This document shows, in pieces, positions 42,323 to 53,778 of a stretch of 64,000 nucleotides of DNA. The stretch spans positions 62,001 through 126,000 of the forward strand of contig JAHLWZ010000804.1 of the NCBI GenBank assembly GCA_020536535.1. The letters run 5' to 3'. The notes beneath the pieces were generated by a model. The model searched no databases. It had not been told where the DNA came from and was given only the letters and a program-made list of their open reading frames with translations. Each line of letters starts with the position of its first letter. Position 1 is the stretch's first letter. The position numbers were made by a program, and so were the translations under genes. The DNA is from Pelomyxa schiedti. Lineage: Eukaryota > Protista > Evosea.

Positions 42323-43928
42323 CCTTTGTTGCTTTTTGATTGTTTAATAAATTTGTATTTTGGGTTTTTTTTTTCGGTCCGGGCTTTTAATCTGTCTCGA
42401 CTAACAGCCGCTGTTAGAGGAGTTAATTTTTTTTCTCTTTGAGAGTAACGGCGCCGATTCCATACATAGTAAACATGCAAACTGCTTCTAGAATACTCCT
42501 GTTAATTTTCGTGTTCCACATTCTTTTGTATTCAAATGCAGTAACCTGGGCACGAGTCTTTTCAACTGGCAACGGTCCCGCATGTTTGTGAGACCACTCT
42601 CAGATATTTATTTCCGGTTCCTTGGGGTACATTGGTCAATGAATAGCAGAATTTGTTGGCCATGATTGGGTTCAACTGGCTTGCGAGTTGGTAGGTTGAT
42701 CTCATGGGACGAAGGTTTTTTTCTATTTTTGTTGATGTATTTTCGGTCAGAGCCTTCGAATGTGATTACCAAGCTCAGCCTGACGGTAACACGCTGGGGA
42801 GGTCATTCCAGTTCATGCAGTGTGAGGTGGAGTATGTTCAGTACCAAAGGGCCTGGCACTCTGGGCAATCATCCTTAAGGGGGCTGATCAGGTATTCGCG
42901 CCAGGTCTATGGTTGCTAACCCTGTGCCTTAAGATGTCAGTACTGAAAGATGACATTTCAATGAAACTTAAAAATCGCTGCTATGAATTTGTCGGGCCCG
43001 ACGACCGTTCAACGGTCACGTGAATCGACTTGTTACTTTCCGCCAGTTCCACGAAAGTGATTATGTTTTTTGATTTTGTGTGAGGGTGATAGTCAGGGTG
43101 AAGGCCAAGCCAGTCAAACAATGGTCTGTTGTTCCTGTGGTCGAATCCAAGTTCATTGCGCGATATGCATCTTTATGTCATTAAGCTGTAAACCAACCTG
43201 TGGTTTGCCAATGGCCGAAGAGTAGCGGGGTTAATCGGCATATGGAGCATACTTCACAGGGAAGCAGCTGAGGATAACCAGAACTGGATTTCGTGAAGCT
43301 CAAGTGCTATTTTCCTGTTTCTACCAGATAGGAGAACAAAATCCTGCCTGTGGCGCAGGGGAATCCATCACACCTCGCCACACTGCCTGCGAAGAATGGC
43401 ACCAATTTGATGTTATTTGTTTGTTGAGGACTAAAGGGTACACCAGTAAGATACAATCTCTGTTGGGTGTGGGTACAGTGAGAACAAGAAAGAGACAATG
43501 GCGAGCGACCAGACAGACAGGTCTCGTGTTATGTATGTACAATCAATCTGAATTGGTGTTGTCTGTGGCATTTCTCAGTGTTGCCGTAAGCAGTGGGCGC
43601 CGGGATTGTGGGAGCAGTGGGATTATCGGTCGAAGACAATGACGTACTCCCTGAGCCTTGGGGGAGTCTCACATCCTTTGTCTCCGTTCACAAACAGGAC
43701 CCCATACCACTGCTGTCATGTTGTGTCCGTGTCCTGAGGTTGGTTCTCGGTCCGTTTTACGCACAAAAAAAAAAGAGAGGAGAAGCCAGACGCGACTACA
43801 GGAACCGGCAAACCCCAAAAATAAGAGGTTCTGCTTCTTTTTTTTTCGAAAGGACGGAACCAACTTGAAAAAGGATCTTTTTTGGCTTTATGGGGGTGGT
43901 GCGAGTGGCAGCGCGATAATATGTTCTA

Positions 43929-46900
43929 CTACTCATCGACCCTTTCACCAACAGTGATGTTCATGGCAGCCAACTTTTCTTTTACCAAATCGGCGTCCCT
44001 GAGGTATCTTGTATACTCGGCAGCACGGCCTAGGTCTTGGGCTACGAGTGCCAGCCAACGTAAACATGATTCCACTGGGAGTGTGTAGTTAGTGAATGAG
44101 TGTTGGGATTATGTCTGATTGGTGTGTTGTGTTCAGAAAGTGGCACATACTGCTGGGGTGCACAGGCCCGTGAATTTTGTTGTTGATGTTTATAGCACGC
44201 TTCAGCAAGGGTTCTGCCTTTTCGGGTTCACCTTTCAATTTGTAGGTTGCGGCAAGCGATTCCAGTGAAGTAGCCAAGTGAGGGTGCATTGGTCCCAGTG
44301 TCTACGGTTGGTTAATTGTCAGTTTTGAATTGGCCAGGATAAAACCTTCTCACGGATCTGGCAAGCTCTGGTACAGAGTTGCACTGCGCGCTCAGGGTCG
44401 CCTTGGCTATCGGCTATAACAGACAAATCCTGAAGAATTCGGGCAATCAGTGGGTGATTTGGCCCAAAGTGGAGAAGCCTGTAATACAAAAGAATAAGGC
44501 CAAAGTTGGTATGTGCTGAGAGAAAGAACCTGATCTTCAATGCACGCTCTAAATAACTATGAACAAAGGTGAGATTACTGTGGAAGGAATAGGAAAACGA
44601 ATCAACCTTTGAGCTCTCGCAGGGTTTGAGTCCACAAAGATTTCTACAAGTTGGTGAAAAAAAGTAGAACGGTTGTTTTTGAAACAAACCTCCCAGACCG
44701 CACAAGCTCATTGCTACATTGAGATGATTTGGTCCCAAAACTTTTTCCCTTATCTCAAGGGCCTTCAGTGCAAATGGCTCAGCAGCTTTGAGTTCTGTTG
44801 CATTCCAAAATACCTCTGCCAGCAAATAGTAGGCTTTTCCCACCGATTCGTGATATTCACCATGCGCTGAAACATTAACAGAGATCGCTCTGCGGAGGAG
44901 AGCTTTCGCTGTTGCATAATCAAGCATTTCCCTGAATTTAGAGTTAAGAAATGATTAAAGGTACTTTCTGGAACCTCAGAAATCGAGCTACTTTATTCAA
45001 CATTTTCCCAACTTGAGCTGGTTGAGCATTATAGTTATCAACAGCACGACGCATGCACTCACCAACAGTAGTTTCGTGGACCATGAGCCAATAGCTGAAG
45101 AGAGTTGACAATAACAATTTTTCGTAGCTCCTTACTGTTTTAGTTCATATCTGCGTGTTTGCGTGTAGAGCTGCAAGAAAACTTCTAGATCAGTAAGGGC
45201 CTCAGGAAGTTGCTCTGGATTGCTATTTTGATTAACTAAGTGAGCGAGATTGATTTGAAAGTTACGTTTGTGATAGTAGCCATGGAAGTTCGTCAGCCTT
45301 GCGACCTTTGTCAGCATTTCCGGGTCCACTACTAAAGTACGCTACAAGTTTCTGTCTATAGTCACTGCAGATACGAAGATGAATGAATGAGTCTGAAGTA
45401 AAAGTTTGGAAGAAATACTTGACAAGGTAAGGCTTGCTCTCTAGGTAGTAGGATTGCACGGCTTGGCTCATATACTCATGGAAGAAGCATAGTAGACCAG
45501 ATTTACTGGAAACATACTCACTAACTGCCATCAATAGCTGTGATAGCTGCATTTGTGTTGCGCCTGTTACCCCCATGATTTCCTTTTCAGAGAGACCCAT
45601 CCGGCTGCAGTATATAGAGCAGAGCGTGTCTTGAACAAATTGGGTAGTATAATCCTTGTATAGAATAAGTGAGAAGGCCAAGATGTGCCAAAAGGGTGAA
45701 TTACATTCTCCAGTCTAAGAATAATTTTCTTGAATAGTTCTTCTGGAGTTCTGGCTCCCAAATACCAATCTATTTTGCTGTCAAGCTGCTCATAAACACC
45801 TTGTGGAGTTTGTTTTGATACATATAGAGGATAGAGGATTACCAAACAGGCGGAGCTCTTCCAGGAGGGCTCGGAGAAAAAGGGGACTGTCTGTTTGTTG
45901 GCATCTTGTTATCCTTATGACGGTTAATGTGTATATTTTATCTCAGGCTACTATTACCTTTGCATTTGAGATAAAGTGAAGGATTTTCCGTACTCTGACA
46001 AATAATTTTGCACATACTCCGTTTTTTGTTGTTCAGAGAATCCTTGCAAGTACATTGTTGGCCACCCCCTGTCAAAACCTCAGAAGAAAGGAAAGTTGTA
46101 CGTATAGACCTGTTGTTCAAAAAAATATGTGGCTCTGACGAACTGTTCATGGAAATGATAAACTTAACTTGTGGGGGAATTTCTTCAGGGATCCACCGCA
46201 TTTCCAGTGCTGATTCTCTGTTTTCTAAAGGAAAGATATGTTAGCTAGAAAGAAAAGCAAGTAAACCCAAATACCTAATCGATGGGCTCCGTCTAAAATT
46301 ACAATAAGGCGGCATGATTGTGGTACAAATGTAAGCCACCTGGGAAACTCCCTTAACATCTCCTTTGGGTCAGCTGGAACCTCGTCTACTATCTCAAACT
46401 CACGTTTAATTGTCTGCATGATATGCAAGACAACAACAGTGTTAAGAGCACGGTCATTTGTGCATCCTTATCAAGTCAACCAATAATCAAGTAAAAAAAA
46501 AAAAAGCACACCAATGTAATGTGAAACAACAATTTCATTCCCTTGCTCATGACTGAACCTCTCCCGCCAGTTGGACAAAAAGGAGGCCTTCCCAATGCCA
46601 GCAGGGCCAACCACTAAAATCCCACCACTCTCACTAGTGCGGAGCTTATCGCAAAGTGATTCATATACCTCAGAGTTCCATAAATAATTCCTTTTTTTCG
46701 TTTCGGCATAAGCACTGTGAGCGGAATTCTGAGCATCAAGTGGGTCGGGGTCCTGGTCCTCAGGAAATTCGTTTGCAATGCTGTCAGAAAGGTCTTTGAG
46801 AACATGCTTGGCAAGATCGCCAGGCTGATTGTAGAATTTCAGGGGAAGGCCACTTATGCGGATGCGGTGCTAGAGGCACAAAGGTTACATTCAGGTGTAT

Positions 46901-48139
46901 TAAGCTGCTCCTCACCTTTAAATCTCTCATTTTTTCTGGGTTATCACCAGTCTCGGAAATGTTGGGGTTATTTCGCATATAGAACAGTGCTCGGGATGCA
47001 GACTCCACATCATTTAGTGCTCCATATAAGATCTAAAGCCTTAGAGAGATTTCCGAAAACTGGTCTATACCTCCATCTCTGTGACACTCCTAGGTGTGCC
47101 AAGTTGTGAGATAAATGGGTACTTCTGTAGGATATCTGGCTTTATTGTGTCGGGTACCCAGCCATATCTGTCTCCTGTTATGCTATTAATAAGGGAAAAA
47201 TATCTGGAGACCAAACCAATGAGACTGATGAAAAATGGACGACATTTGTCGATTTCATTAAGGCAAATAGAAAGTACATCACCAGACTCACTTTGTTCAG
47301 CAGTTATTCCCCATCTTTAGAACTAAATCATCTGAAGGATGTGACAAAGTAGACAAACCGTAGATCCACCTCTGAGAAGAAAATTCCTCTTTTTGCACAT
47401 TGCTCCTTTATCTTGGGAAAAACATTTTTCAACAACTCATCACGTTCACCTTGCATGTCCAAGAAGGTTGAAGATAAAAATACACGAACTTGGCGTTTTT
47501 TCATAGCAGAACGAGAACGGCGGTTAACTACCCAGTTGCCACTTTTTGGAATAGGGGCTGTATTTATACGTCAATGAATTTACAACGGTTTGTCTGGAAC
47601 AGACCAGTTTTGAGGGGGACCAACGATTCTAGTTGTTGTTTTCTCTCTTGATATTGCTCATCAGTGATAAATCCAGCTGTGTGTACCTCTTCTAGCTTCT
47701 TTAGGGCTTGTGAAATTTCCCCTGGAAGCATTGACGGAGGCGTAGCATTGTCGACAACACCTTCCTCTTGATAGGAGTGAGTTGTTTTAAGAATGATATC
47801 TAAGGCAAACCAAGACACGCTAAAAGAGAATCAACATCAGAAGACTCTGCCTTGGCTTTAGTAGCTGTGGGCTTACTTGTTGGGGTTCTGCGGAACCCAC
47901 TTACTGGAGCTAATAGAGGTGAGTGAAACGCAAGTGAACAGTAGAATGGTGCACTCACATCCAGTAGTTTGTGCTGGAGTGGGAGCAGGCTGAGCTCTAG
48001 AGAAAGAGGGTGTTACGCCAGAGGTCTGACAAGCCATTCCTGAATAGGAAGAGAATGAAGGGCTGGGTGGCGGAGGTGCCACACTGGGTGGTGCCTTGTA
48101 TTTTTCTTTGTACTTGTCCAGTTCGGACGCATGGCGCAT
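43929..48139 (-). CDS. STAND-type protein: SHOCT-like helix pair, DUF4062, NACHT/AAA-like NTPase, TPR repeats (NPHP3/TEP1-like)
   Basis: LKKLEEVHTAGFITDEQYQERKQQL; VRVFLSSTFLDMQGERD, DLRWGIT, ICLNEIDKCRPFFI, RYGWVP; GPAGIGKAS; LIVILDG; kinesin-light-chain-type TPRs (KALEIREKVLGPNHLNVA, HPHLATSLESLA). Confidence 0.87.
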
Positions 48140-48518
48140 AAAACCTTGCTGCTTGTTGGTTTTTGTTTCGTTTTACAATGGAGTAATGAATTCATATCAA
48201 AAAAAAAAAAAAAAGCTAAACTATAGTATAGAAAGAAAAAGAAAGGCACAGTGCTGTGTTGAGAGCGTTAGTAAAAGGAGCGGGTACTTGCAGCCATAGG
48301 ATCGTTGTTGATTGTTGTTAAGGGCGGTTTTATTTTTTTTTATTATTATAATTGAAAGTTCAGGAAAATGATGAGAACGATAAGAAAACCGACGCACCGA
48401 ACTATACGACGATCACAGCAACACCGAACAAAAGAGAACAAAAACATGGATTGGGTGAGCTACAAACCACGCGACATTTCTATTTTTTTTTGTTTTTTTG
48501 AAGAAAAAGGTACACACC

Positions 48519-49636
48519 ATGGCGGCGAGACTCTTAGGGGTGCCAAAATTCCAAAAAACGTTAATGTATAAAAAGGAAAAAAAAGAAGAAGGGAGGAACT
48601 TCGTTTTCCCGCGTAACACTTCTAAGAAAGTCGCGTAACTACGACGCGAAACGGTGTGCTTGTTCCTTCACACGACTGAGGACTGTAGTGTGGTACACAC
48701 TGTTCCAAAGTAGAAGCTACTGTGATGAATTCGGGGCACGGAAGAGGCGTTCAGACGCGGCGCCTGGTGGGCGATAGTGGCAATAAACCAGCAGCATCAA
48801 ACAGCAGAACCAACTTGGTAGGTAGGCCGTGTTGTGGTGGGGGCACCAAAGCAAACAGTTATTAATCACGACTTTCGGTGCAGAGCATGAGGTTCGTGCC
48901 GAAATTGCACAGTTGAAGGCCATTCTAACTGAAACATTGAGGGACTTGGACCAAGCTTTGCAAGATGAGGAGGTTGGTTCCATCGCCCTTTCCCACAATT
49001 GTGCCATTGCCTCTGCGTTCTTACATTAAATCCACAGCGGTTCAGAAGAAAAGTTACAGCAGTTCACTCCCGCCAATACGAACGTAAACCCTTTAATTTT
49101 GGCCTTATGTGCCTACTAAAGAAAATACAGTTGAAAACACATATAGAATGTTGTCCCAAGAACTCACGCAATTGAAGAAAGAGAAACAAGAAAGGTCACA
49201 AATGCGTAGGACCACAGTTCAACTCACCACGATATTAGGCTCAAAGAAAAACACTTTCTCCAAAGTGAGTTGGAAACGCAACAATACAGATTTGAACAGG
49301 TTACTCCAAACACAAGGGTGCTAAAGTAATGCCGTTCTTTTTTTTTTCCTCCCCAACTCAGGTGTTCAACAAGCACGTTGGATCAGAACAATCAGCCAAA
49401 ACACTTGAAGGAACACTTCTACGTTTGGATGCGGAAACAAAACACTACATTGATGAATGTAACCAGCACACCTCTATCATCCAGCAGCTCAACGATGTAC
49501 GTTGGATGGGAGGGAAGTATCAACAAGAAAACCTGACTAATCACCCTGTACCCTCCCTTATTTCCAAAAGGAACTTGCACTTCTTACTAGTGAGCTTACC
49601 TCCCTAGAATCCACTGCCACCACCAACCAGCCATGA
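48519..49636 (+). CDS. Hypothetical coiled-coil protein (start uncertain: 48519 or 48725)
   Basis: GT-AG exons join into heptad-rich EHEVRAEIAQLKAIL...LSQELTQLKKEKQER...ELALLTSELTSLE; stop TGA at 49634-49636. Confidence 0.6.
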
Positions 49637-49857
49637 TTCCTCAGCCTCCCTTGTTCAAATGTAATTAAAGTTCTACATTGAAGACACAACCCAAAACTCG
49701 GCTTCACGTCATGCCCACACTATCAAAGTTCTTGTGTTTGCCCACAAGCCAGTCCCCTCCGTTCTTCGTCACCAGGAATTTGATGAAATTTTTCTTCCAT
49801 AGACTTTTTTCCATCTCAATTGGCCCTCCTCCGTGACCCTTTCTTTGTGTGTTACGA

Positions 49858-51697
49858 ATGAAGTTGTTGGCAAGGTAGTGGGAACCTCACACATATGAGA
49901 ACCTTTTTAATTTAAACACATGCGAAGAGTCGAGGCAGTGCTGCGTTTCGACTGACATTAAAACGAAAGGGTGATAGATAAGAATGGACTTGGTTACGTG
50001 TCACTCATAGCCAATGGGCCTGAGGATCTGTGGCACACGTACCAGCTCCTGCAAGAAGGTGACAGAGTGAGAACAACAACTTTTAGGTTAGAATTGTTAC
50101 CTACTATAGAAGTACTTGCTTGGTTCTTGTTGTCTAATCCAACAAATGGTTGTTCTGGGATGGGTTCTCTTTTTGTTTTTGATGACTATGGCTATGGACC
50201 TTTCTTGAATGCTTGTTAAAAACAAATTAGGAAAGTACAAACAGTATCCGCTACTGGTAGCACAGTATCTGAAAAGGTTAAGGTGACACTGACAATCCTT
50301 GTTAAGGTAACTGTTCAACTCTTGTATTCACCACTAACAAGTACAAACTTGAAGCGTGTGGATTTTACCCCCGAAGCCGAGTTATTGCGTGTGAATGGCA
50401 TCAATGTGACGGAATCTGATAAAGTCAAAGTTGGAGCATTCCATGCGCTTGATATCGAGTGCAACAGACAATTTTCCATTGAAAAAGATTTTTGGGATAC
50501 TGTGGCATTAGAAAGGCATACTCGGGACACCACTTAGCTCTCCTGACCATAATATAGAATATCTCTAGCAACTGATGCTGCCAAGACAGCGGAAGTGGCC
50601 GCAGTTGTTTTGGGTGACGGAATAGCTCACATTTGTCTTATAACTGACTGCATGACGGTAACAAGAGCCTCCATTGACACCCCCATTCCTAGAAAGCGGA
50701 AGGCGTCAGTTACTGGACACGAGAAAGTGGGTTCTTGTACTTTAAAACTCGTCAAGTTCATGTTTATACTGCAGGCATTGTCACGGTTTTTCGAGTCTGT
50801 TCTTCAGGCCATGATTAGGCACTTTGACTTTAGCATTGTGAAATGTGTCATTATTGCTAGCCCCGGCTTCGTTAAGGTATTTACCTATCTTGCAACTAGC
50901 AAGCATAATGGTTAAAGGATGAATTTATGGAATACATGTGGGCTGAGGTACAAAAGAGAGATTTAACACAACTATCCTCGAATAGAGCAAAATTCCTTGT
51001 GGCTCATTCCTCTTCTCCACATAGGTAAGTTACGAGCTATTTACTCCAATTTGTCAATGTTCCTTAGATGTGCGCTCAAAGAAGTGTTGGAAGATCCAGC
51101 AGTTCTTGCTAAAATAGCCGATACCAAAGCTGCAGGCGAAGTTCGAACTCTGAATGAATTTTTCCAGGTACGTCACATTCTTATGGAATCCAGTCCCAAT
51201 ATCGCAGGTATTGAAAGCTGATCAGTACCGAGCGGTTTATGGCTTGCGTTATGTCAAGTTTGCTCATGAGAGGAGAGCAATAAAAACTTTGCTTGTCACA
51301 GACGATCTGTTTCGGTTTGTTAACCGGCATCCCTAGAAAACACACTAATCAATCAAACCAGGTCATGCAGTATAGAAACGAGAAGAGAGTATGTTCAGCT
51401 TGTTGAGAGTGTCAAAGCGGAAAGCGGTGAAGTGAGGGTATTCAGTTCTCTTCACGTCTCTGGTGAACGTATGCCTCCGGAATCAATCGCGAAATAGACA
51501 CTTTTCTAAGCCACATGACAGAGCTCGGGAAGCTGACTGGGGTTGCTGCCATTCTCAGGTACCCCCTTCACGAGATAGACGATCTTGACGCCGACGGCGG
51601 TGACGAAAATTATGATGAAGAAGAGGAAGAGGAGGAGGAAAGAGGCACAGCCAAGGGCAGTAGCGACACGCTTGAAGGTGACTTCTCCGGCTACTGA
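49858..51697 (+). CDS. PELO: Pelota/Dom34 ribosome rescue factor
   Basis: EDLWHTYQLLQEGD, TTFRKV, GAFHALD, IPRKR, IIASPGFVK, LLVTDDLFR, FSSLHVSGE-LGKLTGVAAILRYP. Confidence 0.97.
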
Positions 51698-51819
51698 GAG
51701 GCTCCCAAAAAAGGGTTTTGTGTGTATAAAAAAGCAACGCGTAAGAAGCGGATCTGGAAAATCCGGCAGAGAAAAAGACCAAAAAAAACACAACTTTTCG
51801 TTCCGCAAGCAGATCGTCG

Positions 51820-53321
51820 ATGGCTGGTGTTGGTGGGTCTAGTGTAGCGTACGAGGTGTGCGAACAGTTGTGCACCAGATTCACGCACAGGGGAGCGACT
51901 ACGTCGAACGAATTGGATGCCGCATGTTTTTTGCAGAAGTACGCAACTCTTTTTTTTTTTTTGTGCGCGAGCACTCTTCTACTGTTTCTAGTTGTTTATA
52001 TCAATGTGTCTAATGAAAACGTATGGTTAAAAAAAAACAAATAAAATAGAGGCATTGTACATGCCAACATCTCACAATAAACAAATAAATAAAGGAAGGT
52101 GGAACAGTTGATGCCCGGGGTACGGACCGAGTTAAGATCGTTTGCGTGCCAGCACACGTACTTGGTGTGGCTCTGGTGGGCCCTTGGATCTATACTGTTG
52201 TCGTTGCTGGTGTTCCCTAGGCTGATGGGGATTTCTACACTCTTGTCACTTTTGGTCCTCGCCTGGGTGTGGTGTGCCGGCCTTGGAGTCGTTTTTCAGC
52301 TGGATGGCAGAGACAACTTCTTATCTAAACTTCCTCCTGTGGGCTACTCTCACAACGTGATCGCGTTTATAAATCGCTCCACGGCGGTGGTGTGTAGCTG
52401 TGTACATCCGCTACCTTCATCTGACTAGAGCAGAAAAAAAATAAACTCATTCTGATGGCTCACTATGATAGTGCCCCTGCGAGCTTTCTGTACTTGCCTT
52501 CACAAGTATCCTTCCCATTCTCCGTTATTCTTATTTTAACGTGATCCCAGGTAAAACATTTTTGTCGCTCCTTGAAGATTTCTGGCCTGGCACTTGTAAT
52601 GGCCCCTGTGTCACTCACCATAGAGTATTTTGGCTTCTCGCAATACTGGACACGAATGGTTCTTCTTGCTTATTTGGCCGGGATGGTGATAATGTCCAGT
52701 GCAGATTACCTTGTCAGAGGATACACCAACGGTGCAGCCGACAATGCCAGTGGTGTAGGTGCCGCAGTTGAAGCAGCTTGTTCTCTGTTTCACCATCCAC
52801 TCCCAGAAGACTGGGAGGTAGAACTAGTTTTAACTGGTGCTGAAGAAGCCTTGTACAAGGTACCACTTGCCCCCTCATATTACTTTCCCTGATAGCAACA
52901 ACTCCAACAGGGATCGCTGGCGTACTACCGTCAGATAAAGAATACTCACCAGAAGTTACATGTTGTCAATATCGACAACGTCGGAGCTGGCGACTCCATT
53001 GTTGTTGTTGATAAGACGGAATCCTACACACCTGTTTTCTACAACAAGCCCTGGAATTCCGTGTTCCAAACCAGTGCCGCCGTTGCTCAGAAAATACCAG
53101 GAGTCACAATTCGTGCTCACACCGTGGCTGACTTTGACAGTATTTTCTTTGCACGAAACAGAATTCCCTCTGTCACTATATCCGCGCAATGTAAGGATGG
53201 CACCATTCCCCAGCTTCACAGGCCTGGTGACACCATGCAAAATGTCAACAAGGATTTGCTATCCAGGTGCACCCAAGTGGTTGAAACCATCTGCCGCCAA
53301 CTGGCCAAACAAAGTGACTAG
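51820..53321 (+). CDS. Multi-pass membrane M28-family Zn peptidase
   Basis: HRGATTSNE, SHNVIA, MAHYDS, GAADNASG, TGAEE, NIDNVG, HRPGDT; two pairs of inserted TM helices. Confidence 0.88.
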
Positions 53322-53448
53322 GCAAAATAATCACCAAACAAGTCTTCCTTTGTTATTGATCAGAGAGGAAGAGGCGTAAGCCTAACAGTAGCTTCGACGC
53401 AGATAAGAGATTCAAAATGTGAAACGAATCGTGCGGCAGGGGGAAATT

Positions 53449-53456
53449 TCCCACAA
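53449..53456 (+). promoter_or_regulatory. DUSE-like snRNA upstream element TCCCACAA
   Basis: Exact match to the Dictyostelium upstream sequence element [A/T]CCCA[C/T]AA, starting 63 nt upstream of the U1 5' end. Confidence 0.75.
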
Positions 53457-53511
53457 TAGCACGAGAAAAAGCTTGTAAGTCTAGCGAGCGGAGTGGTATT
53501 AAAGCTTCTTC

Positions 53512-53671
53512 ATACGTACCTGACTGTTGCAGACCCCCGATCAAGAAGGGGGGTTTGTTGCCTCCCTCTTTGGAAGCTTGCACTTTCTTCCGAGGGCGGT
53601 ATGACTCCCCGTAAGGAGAGATCAGCAGTGAAATTTATTGCGGTGGGTGCTGCGTTCGTCGCGGCACCCTT
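53512..53671 (+). ncRNA. U1: U1 spliceosomal snRNA with variant 5' end (AUACGUACCUG)
   Basis: 5' ATACGTACCTG; helix H ACTGT/GCAGT; SL1 GCAGACCCCC-GATCAAGAAG-GGGGGTTTGT (U1-70K loop); SL2 with TTGCAC loop (U1A site); SL3; Sm-like site AATTTATTG; SL4 GGGTGCTGCG-TTCGT-CGCGGCACCC; about 160 nt. Confidence 0.95.
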
Positions 53672-53778
53672 CAAAACAAAATTAAAAAACATCTAACGAA
53701 CCGTTCGTTTTCTGTTGGCGTAGTTTCCCTGCTGCGGCATACAGATCCAAATTAATAAAAAAAAAAACCCATTACGCC

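Noticed and set aside
53512-53671. Interpretation as U11 (minor spliceosome)
   Set aside because: It has U1-specific 70K and U1A loops and an ACCUG 5' arm; U11 has a different 5' end. No AT-AC introns were noticed.
53353-53696. Short ORFs overlapping 53.35-53.7 kb
   Set aside because: No protein motifs; the region is explained by U1 snRNA and its promoter.
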